A program made the position numbers and the translations under genes. A stretch of DNA of 63,919 nt, the filler included, from Octopus bimaculoides (Eukaryota): NCBI RefSeq assembly GCF_001194135.2. It is 5 parts of 5 records of this genome, joined end to end, with 100 filler letters (N's around TTAATTAATTAA, not from the genome) between each part and the next. Parts side by side here need not be neighbours in the genome. Positions count along the whole stretch, not along the records: positions 50,126 to 56,459 come from NC_068991.1; positions 56,560 to 62,598 come from NC_069003.1; positions 62,699 to 63,919 come from NC_068998.1; 2 more parts are not named here. One strand, 5' to 3'. Under the pieces are notes generated by a model. It was not told the origin of the DNA, did not search any database, and saw only the letters and a program-made list of their open reading frames with translations. Below, in pieces: positions 52,761-63,919 of the stretch (the stretch's first letter is position 1; every line of letters starts with the position of its first letter).

Positions 52761-53121
52761 ACGTGTTGTGCTAGCAATGGAAATGGTGACAGTTAAAATA
52801 CATAATTTCATTTGGAAAATAGAAATAAATTTTAGTATTTCTCACACTGTTATAGTTGAAGACTTTCAATGAATTGTACTTGCTCGGGTATAGCCCAGCA
52901 CTTTGTCAGTATGGCGAGCGTGTTTGCACGTGTTATGCAAGTGTCGGAGATGACACACAGTTAAAATACATAATTTCAAACGGAAAATAAAAATAAATTT
53001 CAATGAGTATTACTTACACGGATATAGTCCAGCAATTTGTCAGTTATCTTAGGCTCCATTTGATGTCTTTATTCCCGATGTTTTTGGATAGATTTTGGAG
53101 CAGTGTTTTGTCGCTCTCACA

Positions 53122-53171
53122 TGTTAAACGTCCCCGGTGTTATTCCTGTTAAACGACCCCGGTGTTATTCC
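53122..53171. repeat. 25-bp two-unit tandem repeat
   Basis: TGTTAAACGTCCCCGGTGTTATTCC / TGTTAAACGACCCCGGTGTTATTCC. Confidence 0.95.
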
Positions 53172-53274
53172 TTTCACTGCGGTATACATAAGACGTGTTT
53201 TCAAACGCTCTAGATTAGTGCTGCTTAAAACATTTATTTACACAGGTTTGGTGCTTCTTTCCATTATTTATCTC

Positions 53275-54498
53275 TTATTTTTCGAACACATTCCGAAGTA
53301 TTCGAGCGGTTCCAAGCAATGCTGTTTTCTGCAAGTTCTCCACTCTTATTGCAGCTGCTATTTGTTCCATGTACTTCTCAAGATTTTTACTCACTGTTCC
53401 CAGGGCTCCGACCATTATTACTACTACTACCACCTTTTCATCGACCACAACTGCTTAACCTCTCAAGCTAATCTCTCATATCTATCGACTTTTCTTTCTT
53501 CCTTATCGCACACCTTGTTGTCAGCTGGGCATGCTATATCTATGATCCAGCATAGTTTGTTTTCAATTAAGACTATGTCTAGCTTCCTATTCTCCATCTC
53601 ATGGTCACACTGAATAATAAATTCCCATAGGATCTTTGCATTATCATTTTCGACGATGCCTTTGGGTTTGCGGTCGTACCAAATTTTGCAGTTAAGTCCA
53701 TACTTGTTGCAAAGTGTCCAATGGACAAGCCTTGCTATATTGTCGTGGCGTCTCTTACACTCCTTCTGGGCTAGTGGCGTACATTGACTGGTAATATGCC
53801 ATACAGTTTCAACATTTTCTCCACAAATTCTGCACTTATCACTTTCTGATATGTTGTCTGTCCTGTATTTGATGTAATTCATTCTTAATGCTTGCTCTTG
53901 GGCGGCACAGATTAGAGCCTCCGTTTCCGGTTTTAAATCACCTTTAGTCATCCATAGACATCTTTTTTCTCTGTCTATCTTATCTTCAACAGCCCTATGA
54001 AATTGTCCATTCATTCGTTTCTTTATCCTCCTATTTACAGTTTCATTCATTCTCAAGCGCTTGTACAGCGCCTTATCTTTGCAATCTTCCATCCTACACA
54101 AGCCTGACCTTCTTACTTCCAATAATAGCGCTTATGTGACATTTTTTTTTATATACCATGCTATGTTGTTTTCTTCTGCTCTAATACTGCATTCGCATCC
54201 AACCAGTCAATCTTCTCCCTCTTTTTCTTCGTACATACAGTCTGTCTGTGTCACGTTTTGGGTGGAGTATCCCATATCTAGTCAGCAACTTCCTTGTCCT
54301 TCTCTCTAATCTGTTTAGTTCGTCTACTGTCCATGCGATTTACTCCTGCTCCATATCTAAGGAGTGAAACCACCCAGGTGTTGATAGCTTCGATCTTATT
54401 CCGTCCGTTTAATTTCGACTTAAGGATCAGTCTCAATCTGCGCAAGTACTCCACCTCGAATTTTTCTGTCATTTCTTTCTCCATCAATTTATCCATTT
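53275..54498 (-). mobile_element. R4/Dong-like REL retrotransposon family B, 5'-truncated (thumb, CCHC, REL)
   Basis: YLRRLRLILKSKLNGRNKIEAINTW..LLRYGAG; LKPETEALICAAQEQAL; CRICGENVETVWHITSQC (zinc knuckle); RRHDNIA; DIVLIENKLCWIIDIACPAD; VGALGTV..LQKTALLGTARILRNV*. The 5' junction abuts (CAT)n/(ATT)n. Confidence 0.9.
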
Positions 54499-54548
<50 letters not shown>

Positions 54549-55227
54549 TATTATTATTATTATTATTATTGAATTGGAGAGCCATGCATGCCATCAACGT
54601 GACAGTAGGGTACAAATATTCGAAGCCCAATATACCCGACGCGACTACCCGCCTGATAAGGGTACACCAGGTACATGCATCACAACCATATGNNNNNNNN
54701 NNNNNNNNNNNNNNNNNNNNNNNNNNNNNNNNNNNNNNNNNNNNNNNNNNNNNNNNNNNNNNNNNNNNNNNNNNNNNNNNNNNNNNNNNNNNTAAGAAAA
54801 TGGAGGGGAATATGAGGTGCTCATCAACTTGCAGACACTGTACTATGTTAATTCATCCGTTTCTTTTACAACCAAAAGGAAAATAAAGACAATATACAGA
54901 CACTTATGAATACCATGTCATATCAACAATTAAAATTTTTAATTCAAGAGGACATCTAGCAACCAAAGAACTGTTTCGGCTTAGCGTTTGCATGCATCAT
55001 TCTATCTATATAACTCCAGTAACCTGGAGTAATTGGCATATGAAGAGGATGCAATGGGGGTAGATGCATGATTCACGAGGCCTCTTCAGAGATTTACAAA
55101 ATTCAGTTTATGAAGTTTACAAAATTCAAACTCTATGGCTTATTTTCTGTTAACAACTATGTAACCCAAAGTTCTGTACTGTCACCAGAATGACCTACAT
55201 TAAAACTTGGAACAGCTGCCCCTGTTT

Positions 55228-55235
55228 TTATTAAA

Positions 55236-55270
<35 letters not shown>

Positions 55271-55724
55271 CATAATGCTAGCGATATCGTGTGAATATTT
55301 GTTATAACAAGTCTATAATTTAATTTTAGCGAAAAAGAGATATTTGAAGCCGTGTATTTGATGAGATGGAAAATAAATTCCATTGAGAATATCTTAGGAT
55401 ATTCCCTAGTGTGAGTCATTTTTAGGCGTAATGATTCTTTACAAAACTAACTTCAATATAAAAGCCATTAATGAGAGGATGGGTTTCACGAATAAATACT
55501 AAGGGAGGTAACTCTAAATTGTATCGATTGTTTAACACAAGTGACAAGTCAATTTTGATTAAAATAGCGTATTTATTTTTACTATTTCTTTTATTTTACT
55601 GTTCAGGTAATTACCTGTGAAATTAGTCGAAATAATTGCAAAAATTAATATTCCTATACGTCCACGTGAGTGGATTTTGTAGACAGAAACAGAAAGAAGT
55701 GCGTCGTATATATACGTACATACA

Positions 55725-55756
<32 letters not shown>

Positions 55757-56352
55757 NNNNNNNNNNATGTATGTATGTATGTATGTATGTATGTATGTTG
55801 ATGAAGATGCTGGAGGTGAGTGGTAGGGATAATGATTCTTATGACGTCGACGACGATAACGACAGTTAAGATAAAATATAAATGGCTTGATAGAATATAT
55901 TCCATTGTGCTATCCTTCCTTCATCAGGATAACTCCTTCCAGAGTCAGGCGCTGGGAAAAAAGTGCCATAAGTCTTGCCTTGTCTGATCTGAGGAAATTA
56001 TTAAAAACTAACAATAATAATAAAGAAACAAAAAGGGATATCGTCTGAATATTTCTGTTAAAATCTCCTATAATTTTGGAGAAAAGGAGAGATTTAAAGT
56101 CGTGCGTTTGATGAGATGGAAAATAGATTCCTCCGAGGATATTCGCTGGTGTGAGTCACTTTTAGGCGTTACGCTTCTTTACAAAACAAACTTTAATATA
56201 TAAGGCATTTGTGAAAGGATGGGTTTTAAGGGAGGTAACTCTATATTGTATTAATCGTTCAACGCCAGTGACGTGTTTATTTGCATTAATATCGGGTAAT
56301 TTTATTTTACTGTACATTTAATTTACCTGTCAAATTAGTCGAAAGAGTTGCA
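55228..56352. repeat. Diverged direct repeat of about 400 bp (55228-55640 and 55998-56352)
   Basis: Shared blocks GATATCGT.TGAATATT, TTTGATGAGATGGAAAATA, GTGTGAGTCA.TTTTAGGCGT, AAGGGAGGTAACTCTA and TTACCTGT.AAATTAGTCGAAA. Confidence 0.9.
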
Positions 56353-56408
56353 CGTGAAGAATTTAAAATTCATTTTGTTCCTTTTAATTTTCCATTGTAA
56401 AAATCTAA

Positions 56409-56441
<33 letters not shown>

Positions 56442-56459
56442 CACATATATATATATATA

Positions 56460-56559
56460 NNNNNNNNNNNNNNNNNNNNNNNNNNNNNNNNNNNNNNNNN
56501 NNNTTAATTAATTAANNNNNNNNNNNNNNNNNNNNNNNNNNNNNNNNNNNNNNNNNNNN
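56460..56559. other. Assembly join marker
   Basis: 44 N + TTAATTAATTAA + 44 N. Confidence 0.95.
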
Positions 56560-56628
<69 letters not shown>

Positions 56629-56715
56629 TGAGTAAGAGAGAGAAAGAGTCATTCATTCATTCATGCATACATATGTATTATATATCCGCGTGCTTACACA
56701 CATACATACATATAA

Positions 56716-56759
<44 letters not shown>

Positions 56760-56822
56760 TTATATATGAGTTTGAGAATGTGTGTGAGTGTGTGTATATA
56801 CGGTATATGCACATATATATAT

Positions 56823-56860
<38 letters not shown>

Positions 56861-58185
56861 TTTAATCCCTAGTCCCAGTATATGAAAGTGACTCTCACTA
56901 CGTAACNNNNNNNNNNNNNNNNNNNNNNNNNNNNNNNNNNNNNNNNNNNNNNNNNNNNNNNNNNNNNNNNNNNNNNNNNNNNNNNNNNNNNNNNNNNNNN
57001 NNNNNNNNNNNNNCACACCTCAGAGCAAACATCCTAAGGACGTTAAACAGAGAAAATATCAGACAATCTTCAAATACCTGCGTAGTCAACGCTCACGAGT
57101 TCAAGCTTTGCTTGTGGAACTCCAAAGCCCTTCTATATAGCCAAAAGAATTCAATACATTCGCCTTGATCCCCTAGATTAAGAGTTCAAATCTTCATAGT
57201 TTTGATATGTATGAAGTGTTAAGCTAAAGACAATCACTTCACTCGTTTTAGTTTTTATGGGTTTTTTACCCCCTTTAGAGAATTACAATATTTGTTTTAG
57301 ACATGGGGGATAAGCTCTAAGAAGGCCACCTAGCTTCATAATGCTGCTTGTTGTTCCTTGGATTACTTTCACAGAGTTCACCCTCTAGTAAGCATTCAAA
57401 CGTAACCCCCCGACCCTGCTAGTTGCCTCATTACCCATATTTCGTGCAGACGGCTCAGCATCAGTTCCACACATTATCACCTGACTCATCTGGGATGGGA
57501 GGAGCTTGCGAGTACAATAGGCTCCTCCTCTTTCTCCACGTTTTTCCTTTACTTTTTCCCGTCCCCTCGTCCTGCTCTCTCTCTCCAGCCTCATTCCTTC
57601 TTTCTCCTCTCCATTCACCTCCTCCTCTCCCTCTCTTCATTCGCTCCCCACACTTCATTCCTCCTTCTCTCCTGTCCCTTCTCCTTCTCGCCGTCTTCCT
57701 CTTCCTTATCTCCCCTTTCTTACTCTTAGGAGCTTGCCAATAAACTCAATGTACCCAGTTGAGACAATATTAAACGTGTATATGCGTTAGGTATGGAACT
57801 CACGTGGCTATTTTAATTTAATGCAGTCTGAATTACATACCCCGAGTTGATTACAGCGCAACAAGCTTTCCGCAATATCGGTGAATATATTTTTCCCTGT
57901 TTCCTATATTTTGGAAGGGACAAATTTCGTTTACACATAAGACAAGCAGGTACATATCAATGACAAGATTCAATAAAACCGAAATGCATTTTGTGTTCTC
58001 GTGAGCCAGTCACTGCTTCGCTTCCATAGATGTTGCTTTTAAGACAGATCTATGAAGAAATCTTCTCTGAAACAAAAACCACGGCTTCATACTTTTCACA
58101 GGTGTATATACGTTAAGTATGGAACACGAAAGCTATTTTATACATACATACATACATGTGTTCATGCTTGATAGGCCATGCATGC

Positions 58186-58500
58186 ATGGCTTAGCTCTCC
58201 GGCCGTTACGACAATGAGGGCTCCAGGTGATACGGTCAACGGAACAGTCTGCTCGCGAAATTGACGAACAAGTGGCTGAGTACTCCATAGACATGCGCTT
58301 AACGTAGTTGTCAAGGAATTTCAACGTGACTCAGAATGTGACAAGGCTGGCCCTTCTGACCTACAAATCCAACTCATTTTTGCCAAGTCAGGTGACTGGA
58401 GCGGCGCGAAATAAATTGTCTAACTGAAGGACACAACGCGTCGCCGCGAATCGATCTCGCGACCTTACGATCGTGAGTCGAATACTCTAACCACTAAGCG
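58186..58500 (-). mobile_element. tRNA-derived SINE family C
   Basis: Minus strand starts GCTTAGTGGTTAGAGTATTCGACTCACGATCGTAAGGTCGCGAGATCGATTCG (A/B-box-like), followed by a body unrelated to families A and B. Confidence 0.7.
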
Positions 58501-58533
58501 ACCCCACTTCACTTGTATGTGTGCGTATATGTC

Positions 58534-58710
58534 CTTTTATTCTTTTATTTGTTCCAGTCATGCTGGAGCACCGCGTTCAGTCGAACAAATCGACCCCGGG
58601 ACTTATTCTTTCTAAGCCTAGTACTTATTCTACCGATCTCTCTTTTGCCGAACCGCTAAGTTACGGGGACGTAAACACACCAACATCGGTTGTCAAGCGA
58701 TGTTGGGGGA
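58534..58710 (-). mobile_element. SINE family A tail and core (young-looking), truncated by a gap
   Basis: CATGCTGGAGCACCGC..AGTCGAACAAATCGACCCC..GCCGAACCGCTAAGTTACGGGGACGTAAACACACCAACATCGGTTGTCAAGCG. Confidence 0.88.
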
Positions 58711-58713
58711 CAA

Positions 58714-58764
<51 letters not shown>

Positions 58765-59685
58765 NNNNNNNNNNNNNNNNNNNNNNNNNNNNNNNNNNNN
58801 NNNNNNNNNNNNNNNNNNNNNNNNNNNNNNNNNNNNNNNNNNNNNNNNNNNNNNNNNNNNNNNNNNNNNNNNNNNNNNNNNNNNNNNNNNNNNNNNNNNN
58901 NNNNNNNNNNNNNNNNNNNNNNNNNNNNNNNNNNNNNNNNNNNNNNNNNNNNNNNNNNNNNNNNNNNNNNNNNNNNNNNNNNNNNNNNNNNNNNNNNNNN
59001 NNNNNNNNNNNNNNNNNNNNNNNNNNNNNNNNNNNNNNNNNNNNNNNNNNNNNNNNNNNNNNNNNNNNNNNNNNNNNNNNNNNNNNNNNNNNNNNNNNNN
59101 NNNNNNNNNNNNNNNNNNNNNNNNNNNNNNNNNNNNNNNNNNNNNNNNNNNNNNNNNNNNNNNNNNNNNNNNNNNNNNNNNNNNNNNNNNNNNNNNNNNN
59201 NNNNNNNNNNNNNNNNNNNNNNNNNNNNNNNNNNNNNNNNNNNNNNNNNNNNNNNNNNNNNNNNNNNNNNNNNNNNNNNNNNNNNNNNNNNNNNNNNNNN
59301 NNNNNNNNNNNNNNNNNNNNNNNNNNNNNNNNNNNNNNNNNNNNNNNNNNNNNNNNNNNNNNNNNNNNNNNNNNNNNNNNNNNNNNNNNNNNNNNNNNNN
59401 NNNNNNNNNNNNNNNNNNNNNNNNNNNNNNNNNNNNNNNNNNNNNNNNNNNNNNNNNNNNNNNNNNNNNNNNNNNNNNNNNNNNNNNNNNNNNNNNNNNN
59501 NNNNNNNNNNNNNNNNNNNNNNNNNNNNNNNNNNNNNNNNNNNNNNNNNNNNNNNNNNNNNNNNNNNNNNNNNNNNNNNNNNNNNNNNNNNNNNNNNNNN
59601 NNNNNNNNNNNNNNNNNNNNNNNNNNNNNNNNNNNNNNNNNNNNNNNNNNNNNNNNNNNNNNNNNNNNNNNNNNNNNNNNNNNNN

Positions 59686-60000
59686 GATAAATTAAGTACC
59701 ACTGAAATATTGGGGATCGATGTAATCAACAAGTTCCCCTCCCCAAATTTCAGGCCTTGTGCCTTTAGTAGAAAGGATTATTATTATTATGGAGGCTGCG
59801 AGCAGGCTGAATTGTTAGCACGCCGGGCTAAATGCTTAGCGGCATTTCGTCTGTCTTTACGTTCTGGGTTCAAATCCTGATCAGGTCGACTTTGCCTTTC
59901 ATCCTTTCGGGGTCGATAAAATAAGTAACACTGGGGGTCAATGTGATTGACTCATCCCCATCTCCCACAAGCTGCCCTTGTGGCAAAAATTTGAAATAAT
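59686..60000 (+). mobile_element. Two tandem SINE family B copies joined by an (ATT)n tail
   Basis: First copy ends AAATTTCAGGCCTTGTGCCTTTAGTAGAAAGG(ATT)n; the second begins GGAGGCTGCGAGCAGGCTGAATTGTTAGCACGCCGGG. Confidence 0.85.
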
Positions 60001-60366
60001 TATTACCTCTGCCTTTGCGAAGGCAGAGGTATTGCATTTAGTCGTGTTTGTTTGTTAGTCCGTGGACAAGATATCTCAAGAACCACTGGATGAATTCGGA
60101 TGAAACTTTTAGGGATGTTTAGCTTCGTGGCTGGCACGAATTGATTAGATTTGGGGATCGATCCGATACCGGACAGGGATACTGGATAATTTTTCCTGTT
60201 TTCTAACTTAATTTTTGAGAGCAGTCAGGTTCATTTTTTAGTATCTTCGTTTGTGAAAGCAGTCGAGTTTATTTCAGATATTCTCATTTTAAAAATCATC
60301 TCCGGCTAATCGTTGAGAGGACCTTGGTGTTGCCTTGGCGGAAATTTGCGCTCTCTGAATGCTCTT
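60001..60366 (+). mobile_element. Non-autonomous Helentron/DINE-1-like element (HINE)
   Basis: 5' TATTACCTCTGCC, a 12-bp hairpin TACCTCTGCCTT-TGCG-AAGGCAGAGGTA, subterminal inverted repeat CCTTGGCGGA and 3' stem-loop GCGCTCTCTGAATGC. The internal GATGAAACTT..TTAGATTTGGGGATCGATCCG is typical of such elements as I recall them. Confidence 0.7.
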
Positions 60367-60914
60367 ATTATTTATGTTAGTGAATGCAATGACCTACTTA
60401 ATCACGGGGTCGGTTCTAGCTCAGTGCTTGTATTAAGGGACCTGTCTTGTCTGGTCAGCTGACGGGTTGTTGTGTGACGTGAGTGATGGCAGTTAAATAC
60501 AGGGTTTCCAGAGCTTGTCATCGCTGAATATAGGGAGTTTCAATATGAAATGTAATAATGACAGGCTAACAAAATGAGGGTGCACCGTGTGTATGTAAGT
60601 ATACACGTGACCTCTTGTTTTATCAGTTTTAATGATAACGTTGTCACTATTGTTGTCCTCTATTATTAAGTCAATCCAGATCAAGGCGACCTGCGATCTA
60701 ATCAAGGGCGTTCCAGCCTTTCGTTTCCATTTTTTTTTCAGACACAATGTATCTTGGACTGCAATCTTTAAAATATCTTTTTTTGTTGTTTTTATTTTTT
60801 TGAGAATCCAATATGTGATTTGTGAGAATTTTGGTTGCTATTTCTAGCAGGTCAAACACAGAAGCCTCGTTGTAGGTTCTTGTAGTCGTGTGTTACGTGC
60901 ATTATATGACAAGG

Positions 60915-61075
60915 CGGAGGCATGGCTGGGCGCAGACATGGCTGTGTGGTTAAGAAGTTTACTTCATTACCACATGGTTTCGGGTTCCGTCTCACTGTAC
61001 CGCACCTGGAGCAAGCAAGCGTCTTCTACAATAGTCCTGGGCCGACCAATACCTTGTGGATGGATTGACGGTTCT
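60915..61075 (+). mobile_element. SINE family A head
   Basis: CATGGCTGTGTGGTTAAGAAGTTTACTTC...CCACATGGTTTCGGGTTC...GGGCCGACCAATACCTTGTG. Confidence 0.8.
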
Positions 61076-61149
61076 CTGGCCTGGGTCCAAATTTGCCAGC
61101 TTTTACAATTGTAAGCCAGCTTCTAGAATCTTCGGCCAAACTGTTTGGC

Positions 61150-61400
61150 TGGAAAATTCACTTCCTTTGAAGTTTGCAGTGTCATAAGTCAGCCAGTGGT
61201 GATTGATCGAGTCACATTCACGTAGGAGTTAATATATTTATGACGACACTTTTCCTTTTTGGGAGATACATTAGCTCGTGATTCTAGGCAGGGAAAAGAT
61301 CTGGGAGTTATGGTTCAAATCTCAGTTGGGGCCGTGCTACAACAGGAAGAGATGCCTTCGTAATTCAGCGAAGTGTCCTGACATTTAGGGAGCAATTATA
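61150..61400 (+). mobile_element. Possible CR1/L2-type RT scrap
   Basis: An EKDLGVMV-like remnant (GAAAAGATCTGGGAGTTATGGTT) only. Confidence 0.3.
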
Positions 61401-61877
61401 CGTTCAAAAGCTTAAGCTTGCAATCGCCGGATGTGCAATAGTTACAATCAATAAGGTTAGCCAATCCTTGAATACCTTATGCCCTTTCAAACGTACTTCC
61501 TTCTCACCTCCCTCCAAATAAGCCATCCTTGTCTTCATTAAATATTTGCTCCGACAAATAGTTTTCTTCCTTTATAGTTTTTTTTTCCGCATTTCAGAAA
61601 ATTTACAGCTCTTACACCGGCAGTAATACATACAAACGGACGAGTGAACAAACGAAAGACAGTCGCTCTCAACACATTTGGATGACGTTACTTGTATTTT
61701 TATTAACAGATTTTTTTCAGCTCCACATCACATAGTTTCGTGGGAGTTGGAGGCGTCCAACTCGTCAGATTTTTGGAAACAGAGTTCATGCCCCCACCGA
61801 GAGGTAAACATTACTTTTCAGCAGTAAAAAATGCAGTACCAATACATATGGACAGACAGACAGACAGTTCGATAGAT

Positions 61878-61908
<31 letters not shown>

Positions 61909-61974
61909 GAATTTTTATGGGTGTGTGTGTGTGTGTGTATGTGTGTGTGTGTATGTGTGTGTGTGTGTGTGTGT

Positions 61975-62190
61975 GTGTTTGTGTGTCTGTGCTTGTACTC
62001 CCCCTACTACCATCGTTTGACAACCGTTGTTGGTGTGTTTACGTTCGGTAACTTGGCGTTTCGGCAAAAAAAACGATAAAATGAGTACTAGGCTTACAAA
62101 GAATAAGTCCTTGGGGGTCGATTCATTCGACTAAATGCGGTGCTCCAGTATGGCCGCAGTCAAATGACTTGAAACAAATAAAAGCATAAA
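61975..62190 (+). mobile_element. SINE family A core and tail
   Basis: CATCGTTTGACAACCG..GGTGTGTTTACG..TTCGGCAAAA..GAGTACTAGGCTTACAAAGAATAAGTCC..GGGGTCGATTCATTCGACTA..GCGGTGCTCCAGTATGGCCGCAGTCAAATGAC. Confidence 0.88.
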
Positions 62191-62394
62191 AGAATATATA
62201 TATAAAGAGGGTTAGGGTGAAAAAGAAAGAAAGAGAGAGGGTCGGAGAACAAAAAAGGTAGACACACAGACAGACAGTCGTTAAAATTTCACATACACAT
62301 TACATTTCCCTGAGTAGAAGGCATTATTACCGTTTTGCCACACACGCGCAGGTTATTGTGTATAACATCCACCTCAGATACCCGCTTGCTACCT

Positions 62395-62598
62395 CACCAC
62401 CAACAACCATACCATCGCCACCATTACCATCACCAACACTACCACCACCACCACCACCACCACCACCACCGTTGCCCTCATCGCTACACCAACCACCAAT
62501 ATCGCAACTTCACCGCTACCCCCACCTTCACTACTATGAATCACCAATCACCACCACCACCACCACCACTACTATTACTACTACTACTACTACCACCA
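62395..62598. repeat. (CAC)n/(CTA)n low-complexity tract
   Basis: Directly visible; a similar tract lies at 63180-63295. Confidence 0.9.
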
Positions 62599-62698
62599 NN
62601 NNNNNNNNNNNNNNNNNNNNNNNNNNNNNNNNNNNNNNNNNNTTAATTAATTAANNNNNNNNNNNNNNNNNNNNNNNNNNNNNNNNNNNNNNNNNNNN
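62599..62698. other. Assembly join marker
   Basis: 44 N + TTAATTAATTAA + 44 N. Confidence 0.95.
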
Positions 62699-62766
62699 CT
62701 GAAACGATGAAAGGCAAAGTCTACCTCAGCGGGATTTGAACTCAGAACATAAAGACAGACGAAATA

Positions 62767-62998
62767 CCTATTTCTTTACTGCCCACAAGGGGCTACACAC
62801 AGAGGGGACAAACAAAAACAGACAAACGGATTAAGTCGATTATATCGACCCCAGTGCGTAACTGGTACTTAATTTATCGACCCCGAAAGGATGAAAGGCA
62901 AAGTCGACCTCGGCGGAATTTGAACTCAGAAGGCAGTGGCAGACGAAATACCGCTAAGCAGTTCGCCCGGTGTGCTAACATTTCTGACAGCCCGCCGC
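62767..62998 (-). mobile_element. SINE family B, complete copy with an alternative tail
   Basis: Standard head and core, but it ends ...GTCCCCTCTGTGTGTAGCCCCTTGTGGGCAGTAAAGAAAT rather than in (ATT)n. A further partial copy lies at 62700-62765. Confidence 0.85.
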
Positions 62999-63865
62999 CT
63001 TATTACCATAAAATATTGCTCCTGCTTTCTCTTTCTTGCACTCTTTCACTCTCCTTCTCCCTCATTATCTATCCCCATCCTCCCCTCCTGTCTCTCTTCA
63101 TCTCTTACTATTCATCAATCACGATGAAGTGTTTAAAGCAGACGACCCATAAAACATTCGTCCAGATCACCACTACAGCCGACACCAGCAGCTTCAACAC
63201 CACCACCACCTTCTGCACCACCATCTCCTTCACCACCACCACCACCACCAACACTAACACGACCAGCAACACGACCAACCACCACTAGCACCAACCACGG
63301 TTACAATAGATACACAGTGTCTTGCCGTAAATCACTTCCATATCTAAGCTTCCGACATCGACACCGTATTGTTTCATCGTATTATCATCTTTCACAACGT
63401 CAGTTTGTTGTTTCAGAATAATTTAACTGTAATTTAATACAGTATCCCACCATCGATTTCTCTTGCGCTATCATCCCACCTCTACTATTTACCCTTCACT
63501 GTCTCTTACCTCCATCTTATCTCTCCTCATAACACTTATATCTTACTATGTGTTCGCTAATTTATTTTCATCCGTGTGTGCATATAAAGACTGTTGTATT
63601 TTCAAGGAGTGAAATTAATGGCTGTTTATTTTTGTGGGAGAAAAATTTAATGTCCATTTATTAAATAATACAATAATACGTTCTCTCAACACTTAATTGC
63701 TTTCGTTGTATCATTGTATTCCACTGAATATTTTATAAAAATTCCACGTTCCACTCCCACTCCATCCCTCACACAGCAGGCAAATATATACGCAAATATA
63801 CATAATTATGTTTATGCACATGCACATATATATATATGTATAAATATGTATGTATACATGTATGC

Positions 63866-63867
<2 letters not shown>

Positions 63868-63919
<52 letters not shown>
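63868..63919. repeat. (TA)n microsatellite
   Basis: Directly visible. Confidence 0.95.

Overview
This is AT-rich eukaryotic DNA dominated by repeats. The SINE families, the microsatellite density and the LINE types point to a coleoid cephalopod, probably Octopus (inference, not verified). The scaffold is gapped: many N runs sit beside (TA)n tracts, and four 100-bp join gaps carry a TTAATTAATTAA spacer. I recognise no host protein-coding gene. Almost all listed ORFs are microsatellite or gap read-throughs, or transposon fragments; a few weak exon candidates are noted. Recognisable content: a full-length but inactive mariner (TIRs, TA duplication, D,D34D); two older mariner relics; Tc1, hAT and probable Chapaev3 relics; a Helentron-type non-autonomous element; Penelope-like elements; RTE, Tx1-like and CR1-like scraps; two families of R4/Dong-like retrotransposons with a restriction-like endonuclease (REL), associated with (AAT)n tracts; and three tRNA-derived SINE families (here called A, B and C). 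The most striking item is a U6 snRNA copy fused at its oligo-U 3' end to a short retroposon tail and nested inside a SINE. It resembles the mammalian U6/L1 chimeras, but the tail does not look L1-derived. Second is a Penelope GIY-YIG nuclease domain split by a long, mostly in-frame Ser/Asn/Thr/Ala/Gly-rich insert. All family assignments rest on hand translation and recalled motifs; no database search was run, and boundaries are approximate unless TIRs or junctions are quoted.
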